From assembly GCA_038061225.1 (NCBI GenBank), contig JBBTZT010000003.1:184515-248514 (forward strand): 64,000 nt of DNA, read 5' to 3'. The first letter of the stretch is position 1. Each line of letters starts with the position of its first letter. Positions 42,478 to 51,776 of this stretch are shown here, one piece after another. The translations under genes were made by a program, and so were the position numbers. The stretch is from Patescibacteria group bacterium (lineage in GTDB: Bacteria; Patescibacteriota; Microgenomatia; UBA8517). The notes beneath the pieces are model-generated. The model saw nothing but the letters and a program-made list of their open reading frames with translations, was not told the DNA's origin and ran no database searches.

Positions 42478-43737
42478 ATGGACACAATGGAAAAAATTGT
42501 AGCACTAGCAAAACGCCGTGGGTTTATATTCCAAAGCAGTGAAATTTATGGAGGATACAAAGGTTTTTGGGACTATGGCCCTGCTGGAGTAGAACTCAAG
42601 AAAAATATAAAAAATGAATGGTGGAAAACCATGGTTTATGAAAGAGAAGATGTCGTCGGAATTGATGCTTCAATTGTTATGAACCCTGTTGTTTGGGAGA
42701 AATCAGGTCATTTGGCAGCTTTTACAGATCCACTTGTGGAGTGTAAAGTTTGTCACAAAAGATTTAGGGAAGATCAAAAAGACACTCATGAACATAATGA
42801 TTGGACCGAAACTAAAACATTTAATTTAATGACTGAAATTTTACTTGGAACGACTGAACCAAAGGAACTATCTTATTTAAGAGGAGAAATTACACAGGGA
42901 GTCTTTGTAAATTTCAAAAATGTAGTTGATTCCACAAGAGTAAAAATTCCATTTGGAATAGCTCAAGTTGGAAAAGCATTTAGAAACGAAGTAACTCCTG
43001 GAAATTTTACATTTAGATCAAGAGAATTTGAACAAATGGAACTTGAATATTTTGTAAAACCAAATGAAAAGACGAGCAAGAAAGTATTTGAGGATTTTAA
43101 AGAGACAAGAATGAATTGGTATAAAAATTTAGGAATGAATATCAAGAAACTTCATTTTGCAGATCATACACCTGACAAAATAGCTCACTATGCGAAATAT
43201 GCAACAGATATAGAATATGAAGCTCCATTTGGATGGAATGAAATGGAAGGAATACACCACAGAGGTGACTATGATTTAAAAAGCCATGATTTAAAATACA
43301 AAGATAACATTACAAATGAAGAATATACACCTTGGGTAATTGAAACTTCAGGAGGAGTAGACAGGGCAACTTTATTTTTCTTGATTGATTCATATACAGA
43401 AACCCCAGAGGGTAGAGTTGTTCTAAAGCTAAACCCAAAATTAGCACCATACAAAATTGCAGTGTTTCCACTTCTTGGAAATAAACCAGAATTAACAGCT
43501 AAGGCTCGGGAAGTTTATCAAGATTTAAAGAAAAGTTTTGTTGTTACTTGGGACGATCGAGGAAACATTGGCAAAAGATATGCAGCACAGGATGAAATTG
43601 GTACACCATGGTGTGTAACAGTCGATTTTGACAGTTTAAAAGATAAATCAGTAACTGTTAGAGATCGTGACACAGGCAGGCAAGAAAGAATTGCCATTGA
43701 CAAATTACAAGAATATTTTGAGAAGAGATTAAAATAA
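42478..43737 (+). CDS. glyQS: Glycine--tRNA ligase (alpha2 type)
   Basis: 'KRRGF..SEIYGG..DYGP.G', 'GKAFRNE.TP', 'REFEQMELE', anticodon domain 'IGKRY..DEIGTP'. Confidence 0.95.
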   Translation: MDTMEKIVALAKRRGFIFQSSEIYGGYKGFWDYGPAGVELKKNIKNEWWKTMVYEREDVVGIDASIVMNPVVWEKSGHLAAFTDPLVECKVCHKRFREDQKDTHEHNDWTETKTFNLMTEILLGTTEPKELSYLRGEITQGVFVNFKNVVDSTRVKIPFGIAQVGKAFRNEVTPGNFTFRSREFEQMELEYFVKPNEKTSKKVFEDFKETRMNWYKNLGMNIKKLHFADHTPDKIAHYAKYATDIEYEAPFGWNEMEGIHHRGDYDLKSHDLKYKDNITNEEYTPWVIETSGGVDRATLFFLIDSYTETPEGRVVLKLNPKLAPYKIAVFPLLGNKPELTAKAREVYQDLKKSFVVTWDDRGNIGKRYAAQDEIGTPWCVTVDFDSLKDKSVTVRDRDTGRQERIAIDKLQEYFEKRLK

Positions 43738-43752
43738 ATCATGAAATCAATA

Positions 43753-43779
43753 AATAGTAATTCACTCCCGATGTGGGAT
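43753..43779 (+). repeat. REP-like 27-bp direct repeat, copy 1
   Basis: AATAGTAATTCACTCCCGATGTGGGAT; contains TCCC-GATGT-GGGA hairpin. Confidence 0.85.
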
Positions 43780-44451
43780 TTAATCGAAAGTTAGATGCTT
43801 AATGTTTTCTAATTCTTTTTGATGGTCTGCATTGTCTAGAACAAAATTTTTGTATAAATCTTCAGATTTAAAATTACATAAGATATCATCTTTTTTACAA
43901 AACGGAAACTTTGATTGACTTATATATTCTGGAAGTGACGACCATGAATAATTTATTAATTTATTACTATCTTTAACAATTCCAGATGAGTAAGGGTTTA
44001 GGTGAATATATCTAGATACGTGGAGCAATTGCTCTTCGCTGTCAATTCTAACAGCCTTAAATTGTCCTTGAAATAGAGGACCAATTCTCTCATTCTTTAT
44101 ATTAAAATATCTAGCATAACTGTTTTGTAAATTTGCTAGTAATTTCGAAATACCATTATCGTCATTTTGTTTTAATAGCAAATGAAAATGATTTGGCATC
44201 AAGCAATATGAAAGAATATCTGTGTGTTTTTTGTCTTTATCAAGTCTGTTCCAAATTTCTTGTCTTTGATCGCTAGCAAGTGTCATAAATTTTGAAAATT
44301 TAATTGGATAGTTAACAAAGTTATAGTATTTTAACAAAAGCAGGAATCGTCGATACTCATACTTTGATTTAAAAAGTGGACGTTTATTTACTCCACGATT
44401 AAATACATGATAGTAATAATTTTCTACAAGTGGTGAATAACGAGCAGGCAT
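43780..44451 (-). mobile_element. REP-associated tyrosine transposase (RAYT, Y1/IS200-like HUH family)
   Basis: 'YYHVFNRG', 'YCLMPNHFHLL' (HUH), 'G.LFQG.FK', 'RYIHLNP', 'WSS'; inverted relative to its neighbours. Confidence 0.9.
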
Positions 44452-44474
44452 AATTTATTATATACCGAGGTGGC

Positions 44475-44501
44475 AATAGTAATCCACTCCCGATGTGGGA
44501 T
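44475..44501 (+). repeat. REP-like 27-bp direct repeat, copy 2
   Basis: AATAGTAATCCACTCCCGATGTGGGAT; one mismatch to copy 1. Confidence 0.85.
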
Positions 44502-44553
44502 GCTTATTGACAAGATTAATATTAAAATTCAAAATAGATTAGATAAATAATAT

Positions 44554-45237
44554 ATGAACGTAAAAAAATTTCTTCCGATTATACTTCTTGGAGTTGGTGT
44601 TCTAATTTTAATCTTGGTGTTTGTTTTTATTAAAAATAAAAAAAGTACAGTAATAGTTGATGAAAGTGATGTTACTATTGAAGTTGCCTTCCCTGATCGT
44701 CCATTTGCCTCTTTAACTCCAACATCTGATGGGCATTATATAAACCTAAAAATAGATAAAATAAAGCTTCCTAAGGCAGTCTCCCTTGATTATGAACTAC
44801 TTTATACACTTCCAGACGGTAGAACACAGGGCGTGCCTGGTACAGTTGATTTAAAAGGAGAAACCTCATTTGAAAGAAAACTTCTTTTAGGCTCAGAGTC
44901 GTCAGGGAAATTTAGATATGATGAAGGTGTAACTGATGGCAGTCTAACTGTAAGACTTCGTGATTCTAAAGGAAAACTTTTAGCTAAGTTTTCTACAAAG
45001 TGGCATTTGCAGTCAACTGACCTTGAATTAACTTCAATTGATCAAAATTTTAGCTATGTTTTAGATAAAAAACCAAAAGGAATGTATTTTATAACCATGG
45101 AAACATTTGGCTTGCCTAGCGAAGCTTCCGTCTCAGAAGCGAAGTTGGATCCATATGGTATCTTTGCCTCAGGCACACTTCCTTCAGGTACAGCCGAAGG
45201 CTGGCAAGTATACATGAATAACATCTTCTTTAAGTAA
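44554..45237 (+). CDS. Hypothetical membrane-anchored/exported protein
   Basis: N-terminal TM; TTGACA-17-CAAAAT upstream (44507-44535). Confidence 0.7.
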   Translation: MNVKKFLPIILLGVGVLILILVFVFIKNKKSTVIVDESDVTIEVAFPDRPFASLTPTSDGHYINLKIDKIKLPKAVSLDYELLYTLPDGRTQGVPGTVDLKGETSFERKLLLGSESSGKFRYDEGVTDGSLTVRLRDSKGKLLAKFSTKWHLQSTDLELTSIDQNFSYVLDKKPKGMYFITMETFGLPSEASVSEAKLDPYGIFASGTLPSGTAEGWQVYMNNIFFK

Positions 45238-45273
45238 AATTATAACCTTTCATATTGGCTGTGAAATTAGTAC

Positions 45274-45325
45274 TTGACATGCCGTGAAAGAAAATGCAAA
45301 ATGGTTAGTAATGGTGAGAAATGGA
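45274..45325 (+). promoter_or_regulatory. dcw promoter with putative MraZ-binding direct repeats
   Basis: TTGACA 45274-79, CAAAAT 45297-302; ATGG at 45301, 45311, 45321 (10-bp period). Confidence 0.55.
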
Positions 45326-45375
45326 ATAATCACCAAACTAAATAATTATGAAACTGCCCATTTCATACATAAAAT

Positions 45376-45804
45376 ATGCTATTAGGAACATATTCAGCCA
45401 AACTTGCCGAGAATCACAGGACTTCTATTCCAGCGCCATTACGAAAAGATTTAGGTCAGGAATTGGTCGTAGCCAAATGGTATGAAGAATGTTTAGTTCT
45501 AGTATCTAAACAGGCTTTAAATGCACTTTTAGAAAGAATAGTTGGAAATAATAATCTTGTTACAAATCCTGTGAGGGGTTCAGAACATTTTATTTTTACT
45601 GGGGCATATGAAATCGAATCAGACGATCAGGGACGAATTGTAATTCCTGAAAGTTTAACTAAATACGGTCATTTAAATGATGATATTTATTTTTTAGGAG
45701 TTGGTGATCGTGTTGAAATATGGAATAAAAATATTTGGGATGAAAGGCTTGAAAAGATTATAAAAGATGCGCCTAGTTATATTGACCAACTAATTAATAA
45801 ATAA
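45376..45804 (+). CDS. mraZ: Transcriptional regulator MraZ
   Basis: Two SpoVT/AbrB repeats, 'DDQGRIVIP', 'GVGDRVEIW'; upstream of rsmH. Confidence 0.93.
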   Translation: MLLGTYSAKLAENHRTSIPAPLRKDLGQELVVAKWYEECLVLVSKQALNALLERIVGNNNLVTNPVRGSEHFIFTGAYEIESDDQGRIVIPESLTKYGHLNDDIYFLGVGDRVEIWNKNIWDERLEKIIKDAPSYIDQLINK

Positions 45805-45805
45805 T

Positions 45806-46678
45806 ATGCATAAGCAAAGCTTGGCCAGCTCCGCTGGTAAATATCATGAGTCAGTAATGGTTAAAGAAGTTTTAGAGAGTTTGCACATAAGTAACAAGTT
45901 GCACTTTAATAAAGGTTCACGGATTATAGACTGTACATTAGGAACAGGTGGACACACAGAAGCAATAATTAAAGCTGGGGGAACAGTTTTAGGAATCGAA
46001 GCAGATCCTAAAATGCTTGATATTGCTAAGAAACGACTTAAAAGTAGTGCAAAATTAGTTCTTGGTAATTTTTCTGATATAGAGCAAATTACAAAAGATA
46101 ATAATTTTACAAAAATTGATGGAATACTTTTTGATTTGGGTGTTTCAAATTTGCATTTTAAAGACGATGAAAGAGGATTTTCATTTAGCGATGGTGAGCA
46201 AGATCTAGACATGAGGCTTAATCCTGAAATACAGGGTGTAAAAGCATCAGATTTATTAAATGTTCTAGATCAGACTCAATTAACACAACTTTTTGAAAAA
46301 GTCATAAGTCATAACGAATCAAAAAGAATTGCAGGTAGGATAATATCGGTTAGGCCTATTAATAAAGTTTCAGAATTAATAAAACTTTTGCAAGGTCTAC
46401 CCCACAAGACTAAATTAAATCCTGCAACTTTGCCAATGTTGGCCCTAAGAATTGCAGTTAATAGTGAACTGGATAATCTAAACGAAGTAATACCAGTGGC
46501 ATTTGATTTACTTAAAAAAGGTGGAAAGTTATTAATTATTACTTTTCACTCAGCTGAAGAAAAAATATTAGAAAAATATATTAATGCGAGAACAAAGATT
46601 AGAATACCAAGTTATGAAGAAATAAATAAAAATATTAGATCAAGGAGTGCAAAATTATATGTTTACACAAAAAATTAA
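45806..46678 (+). CDS. rsmH: 16S rRNA m4C1402 methyltransferase
   Basis: 'DCTLGTGGH', 'DLGVS', 'RGFSF', 'LDMR', 'ALRIAVN.EL', 'RSRSAKL'. Confidence 0.95.
   Translation: MHKQSLASSAGKYHESVMVKEVLESLHISNKLHFNKGSRIIDCTLGTGGHTEAIIKAGGTVLGIEADPKMLDIAKKRLKSSAKLVLGNFSDIEQITKDNNFTKIDGILFDLGVSNLHFKDDERGFSFSDGEQDLDMRLNPEIQGVKASDLLNVLDQTQLTQLFEKVISHNESKRIAGRIISVRPINKVSELIKLLQGLPHKTKLNPATLPMLALRIAVNSELDNLNEVIPVAFDLLKKGGKLLIITFHSAEEKILEKYINARTKIRIPSYEEINKNIRSRSAKLYVYTKN
45811..45841 (+). repeat. Intragenic double-hairpin element, copy B (start of rsmH)
   Basis: TAAGCAAAGCTTGGCCAGCTCCGCTGG-TAAA. Confidence 0.75.
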
Positions 46679-46934
46679 TTACATTTGGGCAATAAATTTG
46701 ATACTGTTTGTAACAGTAGTTTTTCTAGGTATTGAACAAGCAGGAAAAGGTGCTCTGATATCAAACTTAGAAAATAAAATAGAATTATTGATTACAGAAA
46801 AAAGAGATTTATCTGAGGGAATATTTGATTCAGGTTCAGATACAATAATTATCAAACAAAGTGAGGAGTTAGGCTTTGCAAAACCAGCTAATGTTTATTA
46901 TCTTAAAACAGAAGAAGTCTTTGCTCAAAGATGA
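46659..46934 (+). CDS. ftsL: FtsL-like cell division protein
   Basis: TM plus coiled coil plus 'ELGF..P'; lies between rsmH and ftsI. Confidence 0.65.
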   Translation: MFTQKINYIWAINLILFVTVVFLGIEQAGKGALISNLENKIELLITEKRDLSEGIFDSGSDTIIIKQSEELGFAKPANVYYLKTEEVFAQR

Positions 46935-48598
46935 GGCTGAAATTTACATCTCTTGTTTTTATACTTCTTTTTCTATCAATACTTTCAAAATTATTCTATT
47001 GGCAAATTGTTAAGGGAAGCGAATTAAAAAAAGAAGCAAGCTATCAATATAAAGGTACAAAAACAATCACTGCTTCAAGAGGAAACATATATGCCAATGA
47101 TGGCACATGGCTCGCTGTAATACGTACAAATTGGCTTCTTTTTGCAGAAACTACTTATCTTTCAAAAAGCTCAAAAGAAATAGCAAATCTATTAGCTCCA
47201 ATTTTTGTAGAAAAAGATGATTTATTGTTGGAAATAGAAAGAATTGAAAATTTACTTAATCGTGAGGGAGCTATCTGGGTGCCTATAAAACATCGTTTAA
47301 CAACCGATGAAAAAGAAAAAATTATCAAGATGGATATAGATGGTTTAGGTTTTGAAGCTGAAGAATCAAGATATTATCCCGAAGGGTCAGCTTCAGCTCA
47401 ACTTTTAGGATTTGTGGGTAAAAATGATAAAGGTGATGATACTGGTTACTTTGGGCTTGAAGGTTATTATAATATTGCTCTTTCTGGAAAAGATGGTTTT
47501 TTGCAAAGAGAGAAAGATTTAAGTGGTACACCACTTTTATCAAGTGGTATATCTGAAATACATTCAATTGCAGGAACTGATCTTTATACCTATATAGATA
47601 AAAGAATTCAGAATTCTGTTGAAGAAAGACTAAAAGAAGGTATGGAAAAATATGGTGCCAAAGAAGGATCTGTTGTTGTTATGGATCCTAAAACTGGAGC
47701 AATTCTTGCCATGAGTTCATTTCCGTCATATGATCCTTCTCGTTATAATGAATACGATCAATTATTATATAGAAATCCTATTATATCAGATACTTTTGAA
47801 CCTGGATCAGTTTTTAAGGTTGTTGTGATGGCGGCCGGACTCGATTCAGGAGTTATTAAACCCGAAACGATATGTGATGTCTGCGATAAACCATATCAAG
47901 TTGATAAATATTATATTGAAACTTGGGATAAAAAATATCATCCAGATTCAACCATGACTGATGTCTTAGTTAATTCTGATAATGTAGGAATGAGTTTTAT
48001 TGCTCAAAGGTTGGGAGGTGACACAATGTATGATTATTTAGACAAATTTGGAATAGGTAAATTAACAGAAATTGATCTTCAAGGAGAAAGTAATATTAAA
48101 CTACGTAAAAAAGGAACATGGAATATTGTTGATCTTGCTACAAGTTCTTTTGGTCAAGGTGTTTCGGTAACTCCAATACAATTTATAAGAGCTGTTTCAG
48201 CAATTGCTAATAATGGATATCTTGTGTCACCTAAAGTTGTAAATACAGGAGAAAAAAATAAGCATATACAAATTATCTCAAAAGAAGCAGCAAATCAAAC
48301 CACTGCAATGATGATAGAGGCTGCAAAAAAAGGTGAAGCAAAGTGGACTAATCTTAGTGGTTTTAGTGTTGCTGGTAAAACAGGAACTGCACAAATTCCC
48401 ATTAGCGGGCATTATGACGCAGAAAAAACAATTGCATCCTTCGTGGGTTTTGCGCCCGCCAATAACCCCAAGTTTATAATGCTAGTTACCTTAAAAGAGC
48501 CACAAAGTAGCCAGTGGGCATCAGAAACTGCAGCCCCACTTTGGTATTCTATTGCAAAGGACTTATTTAATCATTTTGGCATTCAGCCTGAAAATTAG
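46931..48598 (+). CDS. ftsI: Class B penicillin-binding protein (FtsI/PBP2-type transpeptidase)
   Basis: 'RG.IY', 'RYYPEG', EPGSVFK (SxxK), SDN, KTGT. Confidence 0.9.
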   Translation: MRLKFTSLVFILLFLSILSKLFYWQIVKGSELKKEASYQYKGTKTITASRGNIYANDGTWLAVIRTNWLLFAETTYLSKSSKEIANLLAPIFVEKDDLLLEIERIENLLNREGAIWVPIKHRLTTDEKEKIIKMDIDGLGFEAEESRYYPEGSASAQLLGFVGKNDKGDDTGYFGLEGYYNIALSGKDGFLQREKDLSGTPLLSSGISEIHSIAGTDLYTYIDKRIQNSVEERLKEGMEKYGAKEGSVVVMDPKTGAILAMSSFPSYDPSRYNEYDQLLYRNPIISDTFEPGSVFKVVVMAAGLDSGVIKPETICDVCDKPYQVDKYYIETWDKKYHPDSTMTDVLVNSDNVGMSFIAQRLGGDTMYDYLDKFGIGKLTEIDLQGESNIKLRKKGTWNIVDLATSSFGQGVSVTPIQFIRAVSAIANNGYLVSPKVVNTGEKNKHIQIISKEAANQTTAMMIEAAKKGEAKWTNLSGFSVAGKTGTAQIPISGHYDAEKTIASFVGFAPANNPKFIMLVTLKEPQSSQWASETAAPLWYSIAKDLFNHFGIQPEN

Positions 48599-48609
48599 GT
48601 ATAATATAA

Positions 48610-49878
48610 ATGGTTATGGCAAAACTATTAATAACTGGGGGTAAAAACTTGGAAGGAGAGATAAATATCTCGGGAAACAAAAATTCTGCTTTAAAACTTA
48701 TTCCTGCTGTACTTATGTCAAATAAAAAATCAATTTTAACAAACGTTCCGAATATTGCAGATGTTAGAGTTTTAATTGAAATAATAGAAAAATTAGGTGC
48801 AAAGATTAATTTTACAAATAATGTTTTAGAAATTGATCCTTCAACTCTAAATTCATATGAACCCGACTCTGATCTGTGTAGTAGAATTCGTGCTTCTGTT
48901 GTCCTTGCTGCTCCATTATTAGTTAGATTTGGAAAAGCAACATTAACCCCTCCTGGCGGAGATCAAATAGGAGATAGGTTGCTTGATACTCATTTCAGTT
49001 TGATGCAAAAATTAGGAGTTAACTTTACAAGAAAAGATGGGAAGTTTTATTTAACATGGGATAAAAATCCGCCAGCTGGCGGATCAATCAAAATATTTTT
49101 GGAAGAGGCATCGGTGACAGCAACAGAAATGGGTCTTATTATGGCCTCTTCAATGACAAATGAGGTAATTATTGAGGATGCAGCAGCAGAACCACACGTA
49201 GCTGATTTAATTAGTCTTCTTGTTAAAATGGGAGCTAAGATCAAAGGGTCAGGTACAAATACTCTTTTAATTTCTGGGGGTGAACTTAGTGGTGTTGAAC
49301 ATAAAGTAATGGCAGATCACATTGAAGGTGGCACTTTTGCAATTTTAAGTGCAATAACTAACGGGAATATAAAAATTAATAATTTTGAGCCAGAAAATTA
49401 TCATATGATATTGAACTATTTAAGTAATATGGGGGTTAAATATCAGATTGAAAAAGATAGTTTAATAGTTTTACCCTCAAATCTAAAAGCTAATAGACGT
49501 AAATTCCAGACAAGACCTTGGCCGGGATTTCCAACTGACCTGATGAGCCCATTTATTGTCCTTGCTACTCAAACTGAAGGTACAGTTCTCTGTCATGATT
49601 GGATGTATGAATGGAGAATGTTTTTTGTGGATGATTTAATTGGAATGGGAGCTAATATATTTATTGCTGATCCTCATAGAGTTATAGTTTCAGGACCAAC
49701 AAAATTAATGGCCGATAGACTTTTTTGCAAAGACATTAGAGCTGGAATCTCAGTAATTTTAGCTGCCTTGGTTGCAGAAGGAACAAGCACTATTGAAAAT
49801 GTAGAAGTTGTTGACAGAGGGTATGAAGATATAGAAAATCGATTAAAGTCTCTTGGAGCTTCTATAACAAAACAATGA
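48610..49878 (+). CDS. murA: UDP-N-acetylglucosamine 1-carboxyvinyltransferase
   Basis: SGNKNS, RAS, SVTATE, PGFPTD, DIRAG, DRGYE. Confidence 0.95.
   Translation: MVMAKLLITGGKNLEGEINISGNKNSALKLIPAVLMSNKKSILTNVPNIADVRVLIEIIEKLGAKINFTNNVLEIDPSTLNSYEPDSDLCSRIRASVVLAAPLLVRFGKATLTPPGGDQIGDRLLDTHFSLMQKLGVNFTRKDGKFYLTWDKNPPAGGSIKIFLEEASVTATEMGLIMASSMTNEVIIEDAAAEPHVADLISLLVKMGAKIKGSGTNTLLISGGELSGVEHKVMADHIEGGTFAILSAITNGNIKINNFEPENYHMILNYLSNMGVKYQIEKDSLIVLPSNLKANRRKFQTRPWPGFPTDLMSPFIVLATQTEGTVLCHDWMYEWRMFFVDDLIGMGANIFIADPHRVIVSGPTKLMADRLFCKDIRAGISVILAALVAEGTSTIENVEVVDRGYEDIENRLKSLGASITKQ
49067..49084. repeat. 18-bp perfect GC-rich palindrome inside murA
   Basis: ATCCGCCAGCTGGCGGAT, within the NPPAGGS codons. 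Confidence 0.8.
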
Positions 49879-51776
49879 TTCAATTTGATTCAAGAAAAAT
49901 CAAAAAAGGTGACACTTTTGTAGCCATTAAAGGTCTGACTGTTGATGGTCACAATTATATTGAAGATGCAAAAAAAAGAGGGGCAGTTAAAATATATGAT
50001 CAAGGTGATACAAAACAGATTCTTGGTAAACTTGCTTCCGAGTATTATAAAAATCCAAGCTCAAAATTAAAAATAGTTGGAGTTACAGGTACGAAGGGAA
50101 AAACCACAACTTGTCATCTGATTCATCATATATTGACTCAAAACGGTAAAAAAACAGGACTCATATCAACAATCTCTGTTGATGGTTTTCATACCACTAC
50201 TCCTGATGTTGTGACTTTAAATAAAACTCTTGCTAAGATGGTTAATCAGGGTTATGAATATGTAGTTTTGGAGGTTAGCTCACATGGTATCGATCAAGGA
50301 AGAATTGCTGGTATCAAATTTGATATTTCGGTTCTAACAAATATAGCTCCAGAACATTTAGATTATCACAAAACATTTAAAGAATATAAACGTGTCAAAA
50401 TGATGTTTGTTAATTCAGCAAAATACAGAGTATTTAGTCCAAAAACTACTGATTTAAAAATTCTTAAAGGCGATTTTAACAACATAAATGCAGAAACAGC
50501 AATAGAAGTATGCAAGGAGTTGGGAATTAGTAAAGAAGAGTCTTTAAAAGTTTTAAAAAGTTTTAAACTTCCAAGTGGTAGGTTAGAAGAAATTAAAAAC
50601 AATCTAGGTTTCAGGATTTTTGTAGATTTTGCTCATACTCCAGATTCTTTAGAAGCTGTTCTTAAATATCTAAGAACTATAACTAAAGGTAGATTAATTT
50701 CTGTTTTTGGATGCGCGGGCGAAAGAGATCCAAGAAAAAGATCAAAAATGGGAAGAATCTCAACTAATTTAACAGATCTGTCTATTTTTACAGCAGAAGA
50801 TCCTAGAACTGAAAATATTTTAAAAATATTAAATCAAATGAAAAGAGGAGCTGTCAATAAAAAATATCTATCTATTCCAGAACGAGGGGAAGCTATTTCA
50901 TATGCCTTATCTGTTGCTCAAAACGGTGATATTATTGGTGTTTTTGGAAAAGGACATGAGAAAAGTATGTGTTTTGAAAATTATGAACATCCTTGGAGTG
51001 ATTATGATTTTATAATGAATCAAATTAATGGTTATAAAAATTTGACAGGAGTAATACTTGCTGGTGGAAGAGGGGCTAGGATGCACTCTAGTTTACCTAA
51101 AATTTTACATGCAATATCTGGTCGTCCAATGATTTCATTTTCCTTAGAAAATTTAAGAAATGCAGGAATAAAAAATATTGTTACTGTTTTTGGATATAAA
51201 AGGAATATAATTTTAAAAAGACTTTCTAAAAATATTAATTTTGCTATTCAACCAAAACCCTTGGGAACAGGAAATGCTGTATTAAATGCTTTTCCTAAAA
51301 TACCCAAAAAAACTAGTATGTTACTTGTAATAAACGGAGACGATAGTGCTTTTTATACACCTAAGACTATTAAAAATGTGATTGAACTTCATAAGAATAA
51401 TAATTCGATTTTGACTTTTGTTAGTCTTATACAGAAAAACCCAGCAGGTCTAGGAAGAGTTATCAGAGACATAAATGGTAAATTGTTAGGAATTGTAGAA
51501 GAAAAAAACGCAACAGAAAAACAGAAAAATATAAAAGAAGTAAATGATGGTTTATATGTTTTTAATTACAAATGGTTACAAAAAAATATTTTTAGAATTA
51601 AAAAAAATAGTGTTTCAAGCGAATATTATTTACCTGATTTAATCAAAATTGCTCTTAAAAATAAGGAAAAAGTCTCAGTTTATAAACTTCCTGATTCGTC
51701 GGAATGGCAGGGAATAAATACACCTGAACAACTTATAGAAGCTGAAAAAAAGATGCAAAAAAAACTTCAAAAATGA
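49875..51776 (+). CDS. murE: MurE ligase fused to a GlmU-like N-terminal uridylyltransferase domain
   Basis: MurE: GVTGTKGKTTT, TTPD, EVSSH, DFAHTPD, GKGHE. From about 51048: LAGGRGARM.S.LPK.LH, Q..PLGTG.A, GD, GR.IR..IVEEK, EYYLPD, GIN. Confidence 0.9.
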   Translation: MIQFDSRKIKKGDTFVAIKGLTVDGHNYIEDAKKRGAVKIYDQGDTKQILGKLASEYYKNPSSKLKIVGVTGTKGKTTTCHLIHHILTQNGKKTGLISTISVDGFHTTTPDVVTLNKTLAKMVNQGYEYVVLEVSSHGIDQGRIAGIKFDISVLTNIAPEHLDYHKTFKEYKRVKMMFVNSAKYRVFSPKTTDLKILKGDFNNINAETAIEVCKELGISKEESLKVLKSFKLPSGRLEEIKNNLGFRIFVDFAHTPDSLEAVLKYLRTITKGRLISVFGCAGERDPRKRSKMGRISTNLTDLSIFTAEDPRTENILKILNQMKRGAVNKKYLSIPERGEAISYALSVAQNGDIIGVFGKGHEKSMCFENYEHPWSDYDFIMNQINGYKNLTGVILAGGRGARMHSSLPKILHAISGRPMISFSLENLRNAGIKNIVTVFGYKRNIILKRLSKNINFAIQPKPLGTGNAVLNAFPKIPKKTSMLLVINGDDSAFYTPKTIKNVIELHKNNNSILTFVSLIQKNPAGLGRVIRDINGKLLGIVEEKNATEKQKNIKEVNDGLYVFNYKWLQKNIFRIKKNSVSSEYYLPDLIKIALKNKEKVSVYKLPDSSEWQGINTPEQLIEAEKKMQKKLQK

